64,000 nucleotides of DNA from an uncultured Bacilli bacterium (GTDB taxonomy: Bacteria > Bacillota_I > Bacilli_A > RF39 > UBA660): positions 63-64,062 of the forward strand of contig CAKOSP010000005.1 of NCBI GenBank assembly GCA_934102335.1, read 5' to 3'. The translations under genes were made by a program, and so were the position numbers. The number at the start of each line of letters is the position of its first letter. Within the stretch, counting starts at the first letter, position 1. The notes beneath the pieces were generated by a model. The model was not told the origin of the DNA. It saw only the letters and a program-made list of their open reading frames with translations, and ran no database searches. Below are positions 48,296 to 57,792 of the stretch, in pieces.

Positions 48296-49327
48296 ATGAA
48301 TAAAGATTATGTTAAAAACTTATTTGAAGAAATAATTAAGGAAGCTAGCATTGGTAGTGTTAATGCTTTATTTCATTTTGGTATAATATTTGAAACACAA
48401 ATTGATAATGTTAAAGTTACTGAATCAGATAAAAATGATATGTTAATTCCAGTTTTACAGATTCAAAATTATGATTTGTTTTTAAATTATTTATCTTTAT
48501 ACTTGGAGTATGCTAAGGAATTTTATTGTAATGATAAATATTTAACTGATTCGGATCAAACTGATAGAGATAAAGACAAGCTTTTACTTACTGTACTTTG
48601 GAGTAATGCAACTATTGATGATTTTTCAAGTCCAATAAACTATTTAAGAAAAAGAATTGATTTTTTTAATATGCCTATGAAAAATTTAGTTAAATATATT
48701 CCATTTTTGAATTGTGATTTAATTGTTGAATTTAAAAAAAGTAGTGTACTTTCGGAAACTCCTTATGAAATGGATTGTAAATTTACTGATTATGAAAATG
48801 AATATTATTTGCCGTCAGTGTTTTTGGGAATAAGTGATAGTAAAGCTTATTTATATGCTATTCAAAATAAATATAAAAATGAGTCTTTGTTTTCTAAGAA
48901 AATTAATAGAGCTTTGTATAAAGTTAATGATGGCTTTGATGTAAATTATGAAAGTAGATTTGAAGAATCTTTAAAAGATATTACGCCAAGTTTTGTTATG
49001 AGTTCTAATATTTTAATGGGTTTGTTAAAGGATAATAATATTTTAGAGTTAATTACTTCAAGCGTGCTTTTGGTAAGATATGATAACAAAGTAATGAGTA
49101 CACATTATGATGAAGAAAAAACAAATTTAGTACAAAATAATATGACGCAAAAATTAATTAGAACTATTTTAAGAACTGTTCATCATCATACGGGTGCAGA
49201 TGTTATTTTCTATCCAACTGATGTCGATTTTGATTTACATGTAAAAATTACTTTGGAAGATACTTGCAATAATGAACTTTTAAGACAGACTTATAATTTA
49301 AATAAAATGAATAATAAGTCTTTGTGA
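48296..49327 (+). CDS. Hypothetical protein, 343 aa
   Basis: A complete ORF with no motif. Confidence 0.5.
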   Translation: MNKDYVKNLFEEIIKEASIGSVNALFHFGIIFETQIDNVKVTESDKNDMLIPVLQIQNYDLFLNYLSLYLEYAKEFYCNDKYLTDSDQTDRDKDKLLLTVLWSNATIDDFSSPINYLRKRIDFFNMPMKNLVKYIPFLNCDLIVEFKKSSVLSETPYEMDCKFTDYENEYYLPSVFLGISDSKAYLYAIQNKYKNESLFSKKINRALYKVNDGFDVNYESRFEESLKDITPSFVMSSNILMGLLKDNNILELITSSVLLVRYDNKVMSTHYDEEKTNLVQNNMTQKLIRTILRTVHHHTGADVIFYPTDVDFDLHVKITLEDTCNNELLRQTYNLNKMNNKSL

Positions 49328-49420
49328 AAATTATGTTAAATGTTTATAACTTTTATTGACAACGAATAGTGTAAGTGATAAATTATAATTAGCAATCGAA
49401 TAATTGGACTGCTAGAAAGA

Positions 49421-51310
49421 GTGATAACTTTGAAAAAGAAAGAATTTAAAACTGAATCCAAAAAAATGATGGATTTAATGATTAATTCAATTTACACTAA
49501 TAAGGAAATATTTTTAAGAGAAATTATATCAAATGCTTCAGATGCTATTGATAAATTACACTATAAATCTTTAACAGATAAAAGCATAAAAATTGATAAG
49601 AAAAAATTAGAAATATTTATCAGTATTGATAGGGATAATAGAAAATTAACTATATCAGATAATGGTATAGGTATGACTAAAGAAGAATTAGAAAGTAATC
49701 TTGGAACTATTGCTAAAAGTGGATCACAAGATTTTAAATTAAATAATGGACATAAAAAAGATATTGATATTATAGGTCAATTTGGTGTTGGATTTTATTC
49801 TTCATTTATGGTTGCTTCTAAAGTTGAAGTGGTATCTAAAGCCTATGGTACCAATGATGCTTATATGTGGGTAAGTGAAGGTATTGATGGTTATCAAATA
49901 CTTGATGCTTCAAAAGATAATTATGGAACTGATATAATATTAACCATTAAAGATGGTGAAGATTATGATAAGTTCTTAGATAGTTATGAAATTAAGAGTT
50001 TAGTTAAAAAATATAGTGATTATATTACTTATCCAATTAAGATGGAAATGACCCATGAGCATTTGAAAGAAAAAAAGAATGAGAAAGATAAAGATGAATA
50101 TGAAACTGTAACTGAAGTAGAAACACTTAATTCTTTAGTTCCAATTTGGAAGAGAAATAAAAATAAGATTACAGATGAAGAATATAATACTTTCTATTCT
50201 GATAAATTTTTTGATTATGAGCCACCTCTTGCAAAAATACACACTTCGGCTGAAGGTTTAGTAAGTTATAATTCTTTAATTTATATTCCTTCACATGCTC
50301 CATATGATTTTTATACAAAAGAGTATGAAAAAGGTCTTCAACTTTATAGTAATGGAGTACTTATAATGGAAAAATGTGCTGATTTACTTCCTGATTATTT
50401 TAGTTTTGTGAAAGGTGTTGTTGATTCTCCAGATTTAACTCTTAATATTTCTAGAGAAACTTTACAACAAAATAGAATTTTGAAAACTATTGAAAATTCT
50501 ATAGAAGGTAAAATAAAAAAGGAATTAGAGGATTTAAGGGATAATAAAAGAGAAGAATATGAAAAGTTCTTTAAAGCTTTTGGTATTCAAATTAAATATG
50601 GTGTTTATAACAACTATGGCATGGATAAAGATAAATTAAAAGACTTAATGTTATTTACTTCATCTGTAGATAAAAAAATGGTTACTTTAAAAGAATATAA
50701 AGATCGTATTAAAGATGGTCAAAAAGCTATTTATTTTGCTTGTGGTGAGACTGTGGATAAAATTGATAAGATGCCAAAAGTTGAAGCCTTAAAAGATAAA
50801 TTTGAAGTATTGTATTGCACCGAATATGTTGATGAATTTGCACTTAAAATTTTAGGTAAATATGATGATTTAGATATTGTTAACATTGCTAGTGATGAAG
50901 TGGATATTGATACCGAAGAAGAAAAAGAAAATCTAAAAAAAGATAATGAAGCTGCTAAAGATATGTTTAGTCTTATGAAAGAAGCTATTCCAGAGGTTAA
51001 AGAAATAAGATTTACTAATAAACTTAAAAATCATCCAGTAGCTTTAGCTAGTGAAGGTGCAATAACTATTGAAATGGAAAAAGCATTGAATGCTATTCCT
51101 AATAATGATAATATTAAAGCCACTAAGGTTTTGGAAATAAATGAATCACATGATATTGCTAAAAAAATTAAGAATTTATATGAAAATGATAAAGATGCTT
51201 TAAAAAATTATGCTAAAGTCTTATATGCTTTTGCTAGATTGATAGAAGGTTTAAGTATTGATGATCCAACTGAAATTAGTAATTTAATTTGTGAATATTT
51301 AAGTAAATAA
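49421..51310 (+). CDS. htpG: Chaperone HtpG (Hsp90)
   Basis: NKEIFLREIISNASDA, GQFGVGFYS and IKYGV. GTG at 49421, or alternatively TTG at 49430. Confidence 0.9.
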   Translation: MITLKKKEFKTESKKMMDLMINSIYTNKEIFLREIISNASDAIDKLHYKSLTDKSIKIDKKKLEIFISIDRDNRKLTISDNGIGMTKEELESNLGTIAKSGSQDFKLNNGHKKDIDIIGQFGVGFYSSFMVASKVEVVSKAYGTNDAYMWVSEGIDGYQILDASKDNYGTDIILTIKDGEDYDKFLDSYEIKSLVKKYSDYITYPIKMEMTHEHLKEKKNEKDKDEYETVTEVETLNSLVPIWKRNKNKITDEEYNTFYSDKFFDYEPPLAKIHTSAEGLVSYNSLIYIPSHAPYDFYTKEYEKGLQLYSNGVLIMEKCADLLPDYFSFVKGVVDSPDLTLNISRETLQQNRILKTIENSIEGKIKKELEDLRDNKREEYEKFFKAFGIQIKYGVYNNYGMDKDKLKDLMLFTSSVDKKMVTLKEYKDRIKDGQKAIYFACGETVDKIDKMPKVEALKDKFEVLYCTEYVDEFALKILGKYDDLDIVNIASDEVDIDTEEEKENLKKDNEAAKDMFSLMKEAIPEVKEIRFTNKLKNHPVALASEGAITIEMEKALNAIPNNDNIKATKVLEINESHDIAKKIKNLYENDKDALKNYAKVLYAFARLIEGLSIDDPTEISNLICEYLSK

Positions 51311-51319
51311 AATTTAAAG

Positions 51320-51347
51320 TTAGTTACATTTTGTAACTAATTTTTTT
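51320..51347 (+). terminator. Intrinsic terminator ttagttac-atttt-gtaactaa followed by ttttttt
   Basis: Direct reading. Confidence 0.75.
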
Positions 51348-51393
51348 ATTGTGTGATATAATTAGTCTTATATATAATTAATAGGTGATATAA

Positions 51394-52272
51394 GTGGAAA
51401 GATTTAATGTTGCAAAAAAAGTAGGCGTAGTAGGCATTTTATGCAATGCTTTTTTATTTTTACTTAAAATAGTTTTTGCGGTTTTAAGTAAAAGTCAGTC
51501 TATGCTTGCAGATGCTTTTAATAGTGCTGGTGATGTTTTTTCATCGTTAATGACTTGGATAGGAAATAAAATTTCTAGTGTACCAAATGATGAAGATCAT
51601 AATTTTGGTCACGGAAAAGCTGAATATTTATTTTCGATGTTTATAAGTATATCGATGTTGTTGATAGCCTGTAAATTATTAGTTGATTCGTTTAAGTCAA
51701 TTATATTTAGGAATCAATTAAACTTTTCTTGGTGGTTAATAATTGTTTGTATAATAACTATTATAGTTAAATTATGCTTATTTTTTTATACTTATAAAAT
51801 CTATAAAAAGAGTCAAAATTTATTAGTTAAGGCTAATATGGAAGATCATAGAAATGACTGTGTTATAACATTTTTTACAACAATTTCTATTATTTTAACT
51901 AAATTTGGTATTTATTGGTTTGATGGTTTGGTAGGTATTTTTATATCTATTTGGATATTTATAGTGGGTTTAAAACTTTTTATTGATTGTTATAATGTTT
52001 TAATGGATAGTTCAATAGATGAAGAAACTAAAAATTTAATATTATCATTAATAAAAAATTATCCGGAAATAAAAAGAATAGGGGCTTTTTACTCAATACC
52101 TATTGGGTGTAAATATGTGGTTGTTTTGACTATATTTATTGATGGCAAAATGTCTACGGTTAAAAGTCATAAAATCTCAGATAAAGTGGAAAAGGATATA
52201 TTATCTAAAGTTTTAAGTGTAGAACGTGTTATTGTTCATGTTGAACCTTTTTTTAAGAAGAGCAAGAATTGA
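51394..52272 (+). CDS. Cation diffusion facilitator family transporter
   Basis: ADAFNSAGDV, HNFGHGKAEY, six TM helices and a C-terminal domain. Confidence 0.85.
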   Translation: MERFNVAKKVGVVGILCNAFLFLLKIVFAVLSKSQSMLADAFNSAGDVFSSLMTWIGNKISSVPNDEDHNFGHGKAEYLFSMFISISMLLIACKLLVDSFKSIIFRNQLNFSWWLIIVCIITIIVKLCLFFYTYKIYKKSQNLLVKANMEDHRNDCVITFFTTISIILTKFGIYWFDGLVGIFISIWIFIVGLKLFIDCYNVLMDSSIDEETKNLILSLIKNYPEIKRIGAFYSIPIGCKYVVVLTIFIDGKMSTVKSHKISDKVEKDILSKVLSVERVIVHVEPFFKKSKN

Positions 52273-52311
52273 TAAGTTTATTTAATGTGTTATAATATCT
52301 TTGGTGATTTT

Positions 52312-53037
52312 ATGAATAAATATGCCTTAATTACTGGTGGCACTAGAGGTCTTGGAAAAGAATGTGTAAAATTATTTGCTAAAAATGGATATAATGTTAT
52401 TTTTTGTTATAAAAAAGAAAATGATTTGGCAAACTTGCTAGTTAAAGATATTGAAAACAATTTTAAAGTAAAATGTTATGCATTTAAGTGCGATGTGGCT
52501 TTGGAAGAAGATGTAGAAAAATTTTATAATGCGGTTTTAAATATTACTGATAATATTGATGTATTAGTAAATAATGCTGGGATTTCTTCTGATAAACCTA
52601 TTTATGAAAAAAGTGTTTCTGAATTTAAAAATGTAATTAATACTAATTTAGTTGGTACTTATACTATAGTTAAATATTTTAAATGCTTAATGAAAAAGGG
52701 GGCAATTGTTAATATTGCAAGTAATGATGGGTTAAATACTTGTTATAAAGATGAAATGGATTATGCTGCAAGTAAAGCGGGGGTTATTTCACTTACTAAA
52801 ACGATGGCCAAAGAATTTGCTCCTAGTATTAGGGTTAATGCCGTAGCACCAGGTTGGATGGATACGGATATGAGTAAAAAAGATATGATTGATCAGGATA
52901 TTGAGTTGGAAAAAGAATTAATTTTATTAAAAAGATTTGCTGAGCCAATTGAAGTTGCTAATGTTGTATATTTTTTATGTAGCGATTTAGCAAGTTATGT
53001 TAATGGTACGGTAATAACTGTGGATGGAGGATACTAA
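52312..53037 (+). CDS. SDR oxidoreductase, 3-oxoacyl-ACP reductase-like
   Basis: ITGGTRGLG, NNAG and YAASKAG motifs. Confidence 0.8.
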   Translation: MNKYALITGGTRGLGKECVKLFAKNGYNVIFCYKKENDLANLLVKDIENNFKVKCYAFKCDVALEEDVEKFYNAVLNITDNIDVLVNNAGISSDKPIYEKSVSEFKNVINTNLVGTYTIVKYFKCLMKKGAIVNIASNDGLNTCYKDEMDYAASKAGVISLTKTMAKEFAPSIRVNAVAPGWMDTDMSKKDMIDQDIELEKELILLKRFAEPIEVANVVYFLCSDLASYVNGTVITVDGGY

Positions 53038-53038
53038 A

Positions 53039-54283
53039 ATGAGTTTAAATATTAATAAAAAATATTTTGAAATGGCTAATGAAGCCGAAAAAAAGTTAGA
53101 TGTCGTTTTTAAAAATGTTGATAATACTTGCATGAGAAATAGTTTGAAAGTTTTAAATGCTTTTATTAAAAATGGAGTTAGTGAATATCACTTTAATAGT
53201 ACAACTGGATACGGCTATAACGATATAGGAAGAGATGTTATTGAAAATATTTATTCTGATATATTTAAATCTGAAGATGCTTTAGTAAGAAGTCAGTTTA
53301 TTTCGGGCACTCATGCTCTTTCAACATGCCTTTTTGGACTTTTAAGACCTGGTGATACTATGATTAGTATTACAGGAAAACCATATGATACACTAGATCA
53401 AGTAATAGGTATTGTTGATAATCCTAGTTCTTTGGCTTCATTTAATGTTAAATATGAACAAATAGATTTAATTGATAATGAGTTTGACTACGATAAAATT
53501 AAAGAAAGATTAGCCAAAAAAGATGTTAAATTAGTAGAAATTCAAAGAAGTATTGGCTACTCTACTAGAAAGAGTATTACAATTGAAAAGTTGGAAAAAG
53601 TGATAAATACAATTAGAAAAGTTAATGATGAAGTAATTATTATGATTGATAATTGTTATTGCGAATTTGTTGATAAAAAAGAACCAATTGAAGTTGGAGC
53701 AGATGTTGTAGTAGGTTCATTGATAAAAAATTTAGGTGGTGGAATTGCACCGAATGGTGCTTATATAGTTGGAAAACAAAAATATATTAATCTTTGTGCT
53801 GAAAGACTTACGGTGGCAGGTGAGGGTAAAGAAGTTGGCCCTACACTAGGTATTAATAAAATGCTTTTACAAGGTTTATTTTTGGCTCCAAAAGTTGTAG
53901 CATCTAGTTTAAAAACTGCTATTTTGGCTTCTTATTTATTAGAACAGTTAGGTTATGAAACTAGCCCAAGATATGATGAAGCACGTGCTGATATAGTTCA
54001 AACAATTACTTTCTTTAATGATAAAGATTTAATTAAATATGTCCAAGGAATTCAAGCTGCCAGCCCTGTTGACTCTAATAGTGTTCCTATTCCTGATGAT
54101 ATGCCAGGATATTTGGATAAAGTAATTATGGCTGCTGGGGCATTTACTCAAGGTTCTTCAATTGAACTTTCTTGTGATGGTCCTTTGAGAGCCCCATATA
54201 TTGCATATCAACAAGGTGGATTAACTTACGAATATGGAAAACTTGGTGTGTTAAATGCAATTAGTAATTTAGAAAATGATTGA
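53039..54283 (+). CDS. Methionine gamma-lyase family PLP protein (YnbB / aluminium-resistance-protein type)
   Basis: Characteristic N-terminus NSTTGYGYNDIGRD...ALVRSQFISGTHA. The start is probably MSLNINKK, after a GGAGGA RBS. Confidence 0.7.
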   Translation: MSLNINKKYFEMANEAEKKLDVVFKNVDNTCMRNSLKVLNAFIKNGVSEYHFNSTTGYGYNDIGRDVIENIYSDIFKSEDALVRSQFISGTHALSTCLFGLLRPGDTMISITGKPYDTLDQVIGIVDNPSSLASFNVKYEQIDLIDNEFDYDKIKERLAKKDVKLVEIQRSIGYSTRKSITIEKLEKVINTIRKVNDEVIIMIDNCYCEFVDKKEPIEVGADVVVGSLIKNLGGGIAPNGAYIVGKQKYINLCAERLTVAGEGKEVGPTLGINKMLLQGLFLAPKVVASSLKTAILASYLLEQLGYETSPRYDEARADIVQTITFFNDKDLIKYVQGIQAASPVDSNSVPIPDDMPGYLDKVIMAAGAFTQGSSIELSCDGPLRAPYIAYQQGGLTYEYGKLGVLNAISNLEND

Positions 54284-54327
54284 TATTGCAAATAATTTTG
54301 TTGTATAATTTTATTGAGGTGAATATT

Positions 54328-54819
54328 ATGGATAATAATCTTAATGGAACGGTAGCTCTTTTATTTGGTGGTGTTACTGCAATGGCAATTACTATAGTTT
54401 TATTCATTGCTGTTATTGCACTTGCTTTTTATGTTATATATGTAATTGGGTTATGGAAATTATTTAAAAAAGCTGGTGAAGAAGGTTGGAAAGCAATAAT
54501 TCCTTTTTATAATACTTATACTTTGATTACAATAGTAGGTTTAAACTGGTGGTGGTTTTTAATTGATGTTCTTCCAGCATTAATGGTATTAATTCCTGGG
54601 TTTGCAGCATTTTCTAGCTTAGCTTGGATAGCTCAAATGTTAGTTAAAATTTGTATTGCTAGTAATTTGTCTTTAAAAATGAATCAATCCACGGGAATTA
54701 CAGTTTTATTAGTAATATTTCCAGGAATTATGTATCCAGTTTTAGGACTTGGTTCTTCAACTTGGGATAGTTCAATTAAGACTCCACAAAATGGTGTTTT
54801 TGGTGGAGACCCATTATAA
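54328..54819 (+). CDS. Hypothetical membrane protein
   Basis: Four TM helices. ATG at 54328 follows a GAGGTGA RBS. Confidence 0.55.
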   Translation: MDNNLNGTVALLFGGVTAMAITIVLFIAVIALAFYVIYVIGLWKLFKKAGEEGWKAIIPFYNTYTLITIVGLNWWWFLIDVLPALMVLIPGFAAFSSLAWIAQMLVKICIASNLSLKMNQSTGITVLLVIFPGIMYPVLGLGSSTWDSSIKTPQNGVFGGDPL

Positions 54820-54820
54820 A

Positions 54821-54846
54821 AAAAGACTTTTAAAGTCTTTTTTTAT
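54821..54846 (+). terminator. Intrinsic terminator aaagacttt-t-aaagtcttt followed by ttttt
   Basis: Direct reading. Confidence 0.75.
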
Positions 54847-54887
54847 TTGGTATAATTTATTTGTAATCACTAATAAGGAGTATAGTT

Positions 54888-55256
54888 ATGCGTAGTTCTA
54901 AACAAAGAAGTTTGATATTGTCTATAGTTAATTCAAGTAATAGACATTTAACTGCTGAACAAATTTATGAACAATGTCAAAAAAGTATACCAAATATAAG
55001 CTTAGGTACTGTTTATCGTGATATTAATCAATTAGTTTTAAATGGAGAAATTAATAAAATTGATTATAAAGATGGTAAATATAGGTATGATAGTTTGCTT
55101 ATTAAACACCATTATTTTAAGTGCTTAAAATGTGGAAAAGTGGAAGATGTTTATCAAGATTTTGAGCTTCCTGCAGATATTATTTTGGGTAGTAAAGTTT
55201 TGGATTATGATATATATTTTAGGGGATTATGTAATGAATGTAATAAGGAGGAATAA
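54888..55256 (+). CDS. Fur-family regulator (PerR-like)
   Basis: Winged helix-turn-helix plus CxxC...CxxC (CLKCGK ... CNEC). Confidence 0.8.
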   Translation: MRSSKQRSLILSIVNSSNRHLTAEQIYEQCQKSIPNISLGTVYRDINQLVLNGEINKIDYKDGKYRYDSLLIKHHYFKCLKCGKVEDVYQDFELPADIILGSKVLDYDIYFRGLCNECNKEE

Positions 55257-55259
55257 AAT

Positions 55260-55799
55260 ATGGAATTAAAAGGAAGTAAAACAGAAAAAAACTTAATGGC
55301 AGCTTTTGCTGGGGAATCTCAAGCAAGAAATAAATATACTTATTATGCAAGTAAAGCTAAAAAAGATGGATATGAACAAATAGCTGCTATTTTTGAGGAA
55401 ACAGCTAATAATGAAAAAGAGCATGCTAAAATGTGGTTTAAACAACTTCATGGCGGTAGTATTCCTGATACATTAACAAATTTAAAAGATGCAGCTAATG
55501 GAGAAAACTATGAATGGACAGATATGTATCAAGAATTTGCTGAAACAGCTTTAGAAGAAGGGTTTGAAGAAATAGCTCGTTTATTTAAAGGTGTTGCAGA
55601 AATTGAAAAGCATCACGAAGAAAGATATTTAAAATTAGTTGAAAATATCGAAAATAATTTGGTATTTGAACGTGGTGAAGAGAAAGTTTGGATTTGTCGA
55701 AATTGTGGACATGTTTATGTAGGGGAAAAAGCTTTAGATGTATGTCCTATCTGTAATCATCCACAAAGTTATATGGAATTAAAAAGTGAAAACTACTAA
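55260..55799 (+). CDS. rbr: Rubrerythrin
   Basis: Ferritin-like diiron EHAKMW / EIEKHHEE motifs and a C-terminal rubredoxin CRNCGH...CPIC. Confidence 0.9.
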   Translation: MELKGSKTEKNLMAAFAGESQARNKYTYYASKAKKDGYEQIAAIFEETANNEKEHAKMWFKQLHGGSIPDTLTNLKDAANGENYEWTDMYQEFAETALEEGFEEIARLFKGVAEIEKHHEERYLKLVENIENNLVFERGEEKVWICRNCGHVYVGEKALDVCPICNHPQSYMELKSENY

Positions 55800-55805
55800 T
55801 ATAAA

Positions 55806-55834
55806 AACGATGTAAATTAATACATCGTTTTATT
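55806..55834. terminator. Bidirectional terminator acgatgta-aattaa-tacatcgt
   Basis: Direct reading. Confidence 0.7.
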
Positions 55835-57013
55835 GTGGTCTATTGTTACCCAATCTAGTTCTTTTGTTTTAATAGCTTTTATAAAACATATTAAATATGA
55901 AAGTAAGAATATAGGGTTAAAAAATAAAGTTTTTAATATATTTTTACCAGACATATTTAATTTTTCCATGTCATGAACAATAACTATATAAGTGATAATA
56001 AATAAAATTAAATATAAAAATAATAAGCATAAAACAAAATAAATTAAATATCTTATGAATAGTGTATCTTTTAAAATCAAATGAATAATGAAGCCAATTA
56101 TAGAGGTTAATAAATGAATTGTTATACCTCCCAAAATTAAAAGGTAAGGTATAATACCAAATTTTCTTTCATAATCATTTTTAATGTTTTTTAATTTTCC
56201 TTTTCTACAATCTAAAAATCCTTTTACCCATCTGGTTCTTTGGATTATGGAAAGCTTCATTGTTGTTGGTTGTTCATCATAAAATTCAGCATTTTTGTTG
56301 TAATAAGTACTTATATTATTTTCACTGCAGTAGATAGATAACTCGTAGTCTTCTGTTAGAGAATGAAAAGGAAAGCCTTTCCATTTTTTTATTAAAGAAC
56401 TATCTATATAATAACCGGTTCCCATGATTATATTGCTATGGTTAGTCTTGTTTTTTAATTCATTAAATAAAGAATTTATCATAGTAAAAGTTAAACCGGA
56501 ACATGTTGCGTATACATTGTCATTATTTTTTATATTTCGATATCCAGAAGCGATTAAATATCCTTTTTCATAAGTTTTTAACATTTCTTTGATAAAATTT
56601 TCTTTTACGACGTTATCTGCATCAAATATAAAATATAAATCATATTTTTTCTTTTGCTCTAGTAAGTATTTAAAGCATTCATCAAGGGCATAGCCTTTTC
56701 TTTTTCTTTCAGGTGTTATATTTTTTCTTATATATGTATTAGCACCATATTTGTTAGCAATTTTAACGGTTTTATCTGTTGCTTTTTCCACAATTATATA
56801 AATATCTTTGGTATCCATTTGAACTTGTAAGCTTTTTAATAATTCTTCAATTACACTTGATTCATTTCTGGCAGGAATAACAACTCCAAATTTTAAGTCT
56901 TTTTTCTTTTTTAATTTCCATTTTTTATTGTTAAGGTTTTTAATAAAACTTATTATAATTACTAAGCATCCACTTAATATTAAACATGTAGATAAAATAT
57001 ATAATATGCGCAT
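55817..57013 (-). CDS. Processive family-2 glycosyltransferase
   Basis: VVIPARNES, FDADN, TEDYELS and QRTRW (QxxRW) motifs, with C-terminal TM helices. Confidence 0.8.
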   Translation of the reverse strand: MRILYILSTCLILSGCLVIIISFIKNLNNKKWKLKKKKDLKFGVVIPARNESSVIEELLKSLQVQMDTKDIYIIVEKATDKTVKIANKYGANTYIRKNITPERKRKGYALDECFKYLLEQKKKYDLYFIFDADNVVKENFIKEMLKTYEKGYLIASGYRNIKNNDNVYATCSGLTFTMINSLFNELKNKTNHSNIIMGTGYYIDSSLIKKWKGFPFHSLTEDYELSIYCSENNISTYYNKNAEFYDEQPTTMKLSIIQRTRWVKGFLDCRKGKLKNIKNDYERKFGIIPYLLILGGITIHLLTSIIGFIIHLILKDTLFIRYLIYFVLCLLFLYLILFIITYIVIVHDMEKLNMSGKNILKTLFFNPIFLLSYLICFIKAIKTKELDWVTIDHNKTMY

Positions 57014-57022
57014 ATATCCTCC

Positions 57023-57724
57023 TTATTTATCTGTTGGTACCATATTGTCATAATATTTATGTAAAAAATCATCAGTATAGTATTGATCGTAAAATTCTTC
57101 AATTTTAGTTCTAGGCGGAATGTTTTTACGTCTTTGTGATTGCCTTAATAAAGCTGTCCATGATATTAACATGTCAAATATTACTAAGGTAACTAAAATA
57201 TTAGTAAATAATTTACCATATCTTACAGGTATTTTTTCAATAAAGTTTGATATTGAAGGATAAACATACCTTACAAAAATAATTCCTAATAAGCCCCAAA
57301 ATAGCATATAGGGGATTGTAGTACGACCATTTATATTTAAAAATTTAGTACTATAATCCCAAGAAATAGTTCCTAATAATTTTTCTTGTAATAGTGATAA
57401 TCCGTATTCTGTTGCTCCTCCTAGTAAGGACGCATATAAAAACGTTTTCCATTCTGGTCTTTTTTTTGTAACTAAAACTAAAGCCATAATAACGGCTCCA
57501 ACACCATATATGATATTTAAAGAACCATATATTACGCCTCTATGAATTATCCACATTGGTTTTTCACCAATTAACCACATTCTTATATATCCATAAGAAC
57601 TTTCATATATTGCTCCAAAAAAACTACCAATTAGGAAAATAAAAAATAATTTTTCAAATGATAATCCCTCAGCAAATTTTGATTTAAATTCAAATTCTTG
57701 TTTCATATAACTAACCACATTCAC
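57023..57724 (-). CDS. Membrane protein resembling DUF1113 (putative ABC-transporter type IV family)
   Basis: IHRGVIYGSLNIIYGVG and EYGLSLLQEKLLGTISWDYS...NINGR resemble the DUF1113 family. Confidence 0.45.
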   Translation of the reverse strand: MNVVSYMKQEFEFKSKFAEGLSFEKLFFIFLIGSFFGAIYESSYGYIRMWLIGEKPMWIIHRGVIYGSLNIIYGVGAVIMALVLVTKKRPEWKTFLYASLLGGATEYGLSLLQEKLLGTISWDYSTKFLNINGRTTIPYMLFWGLLGIIFVRYVYPSISNFIEKIPVRYGKLFTNILVTLVIFDMLISWTALLRQSQRRKNIPPRTKIEEFYDQYYTDDFLHKYYDNMVPTDK

Positions 57725-57792
57725 AAGTATTATAACATTTATCTTTTAAGTTGTAAAACTTCGTGGTATTATATGAAATATAAGGAGAATGT

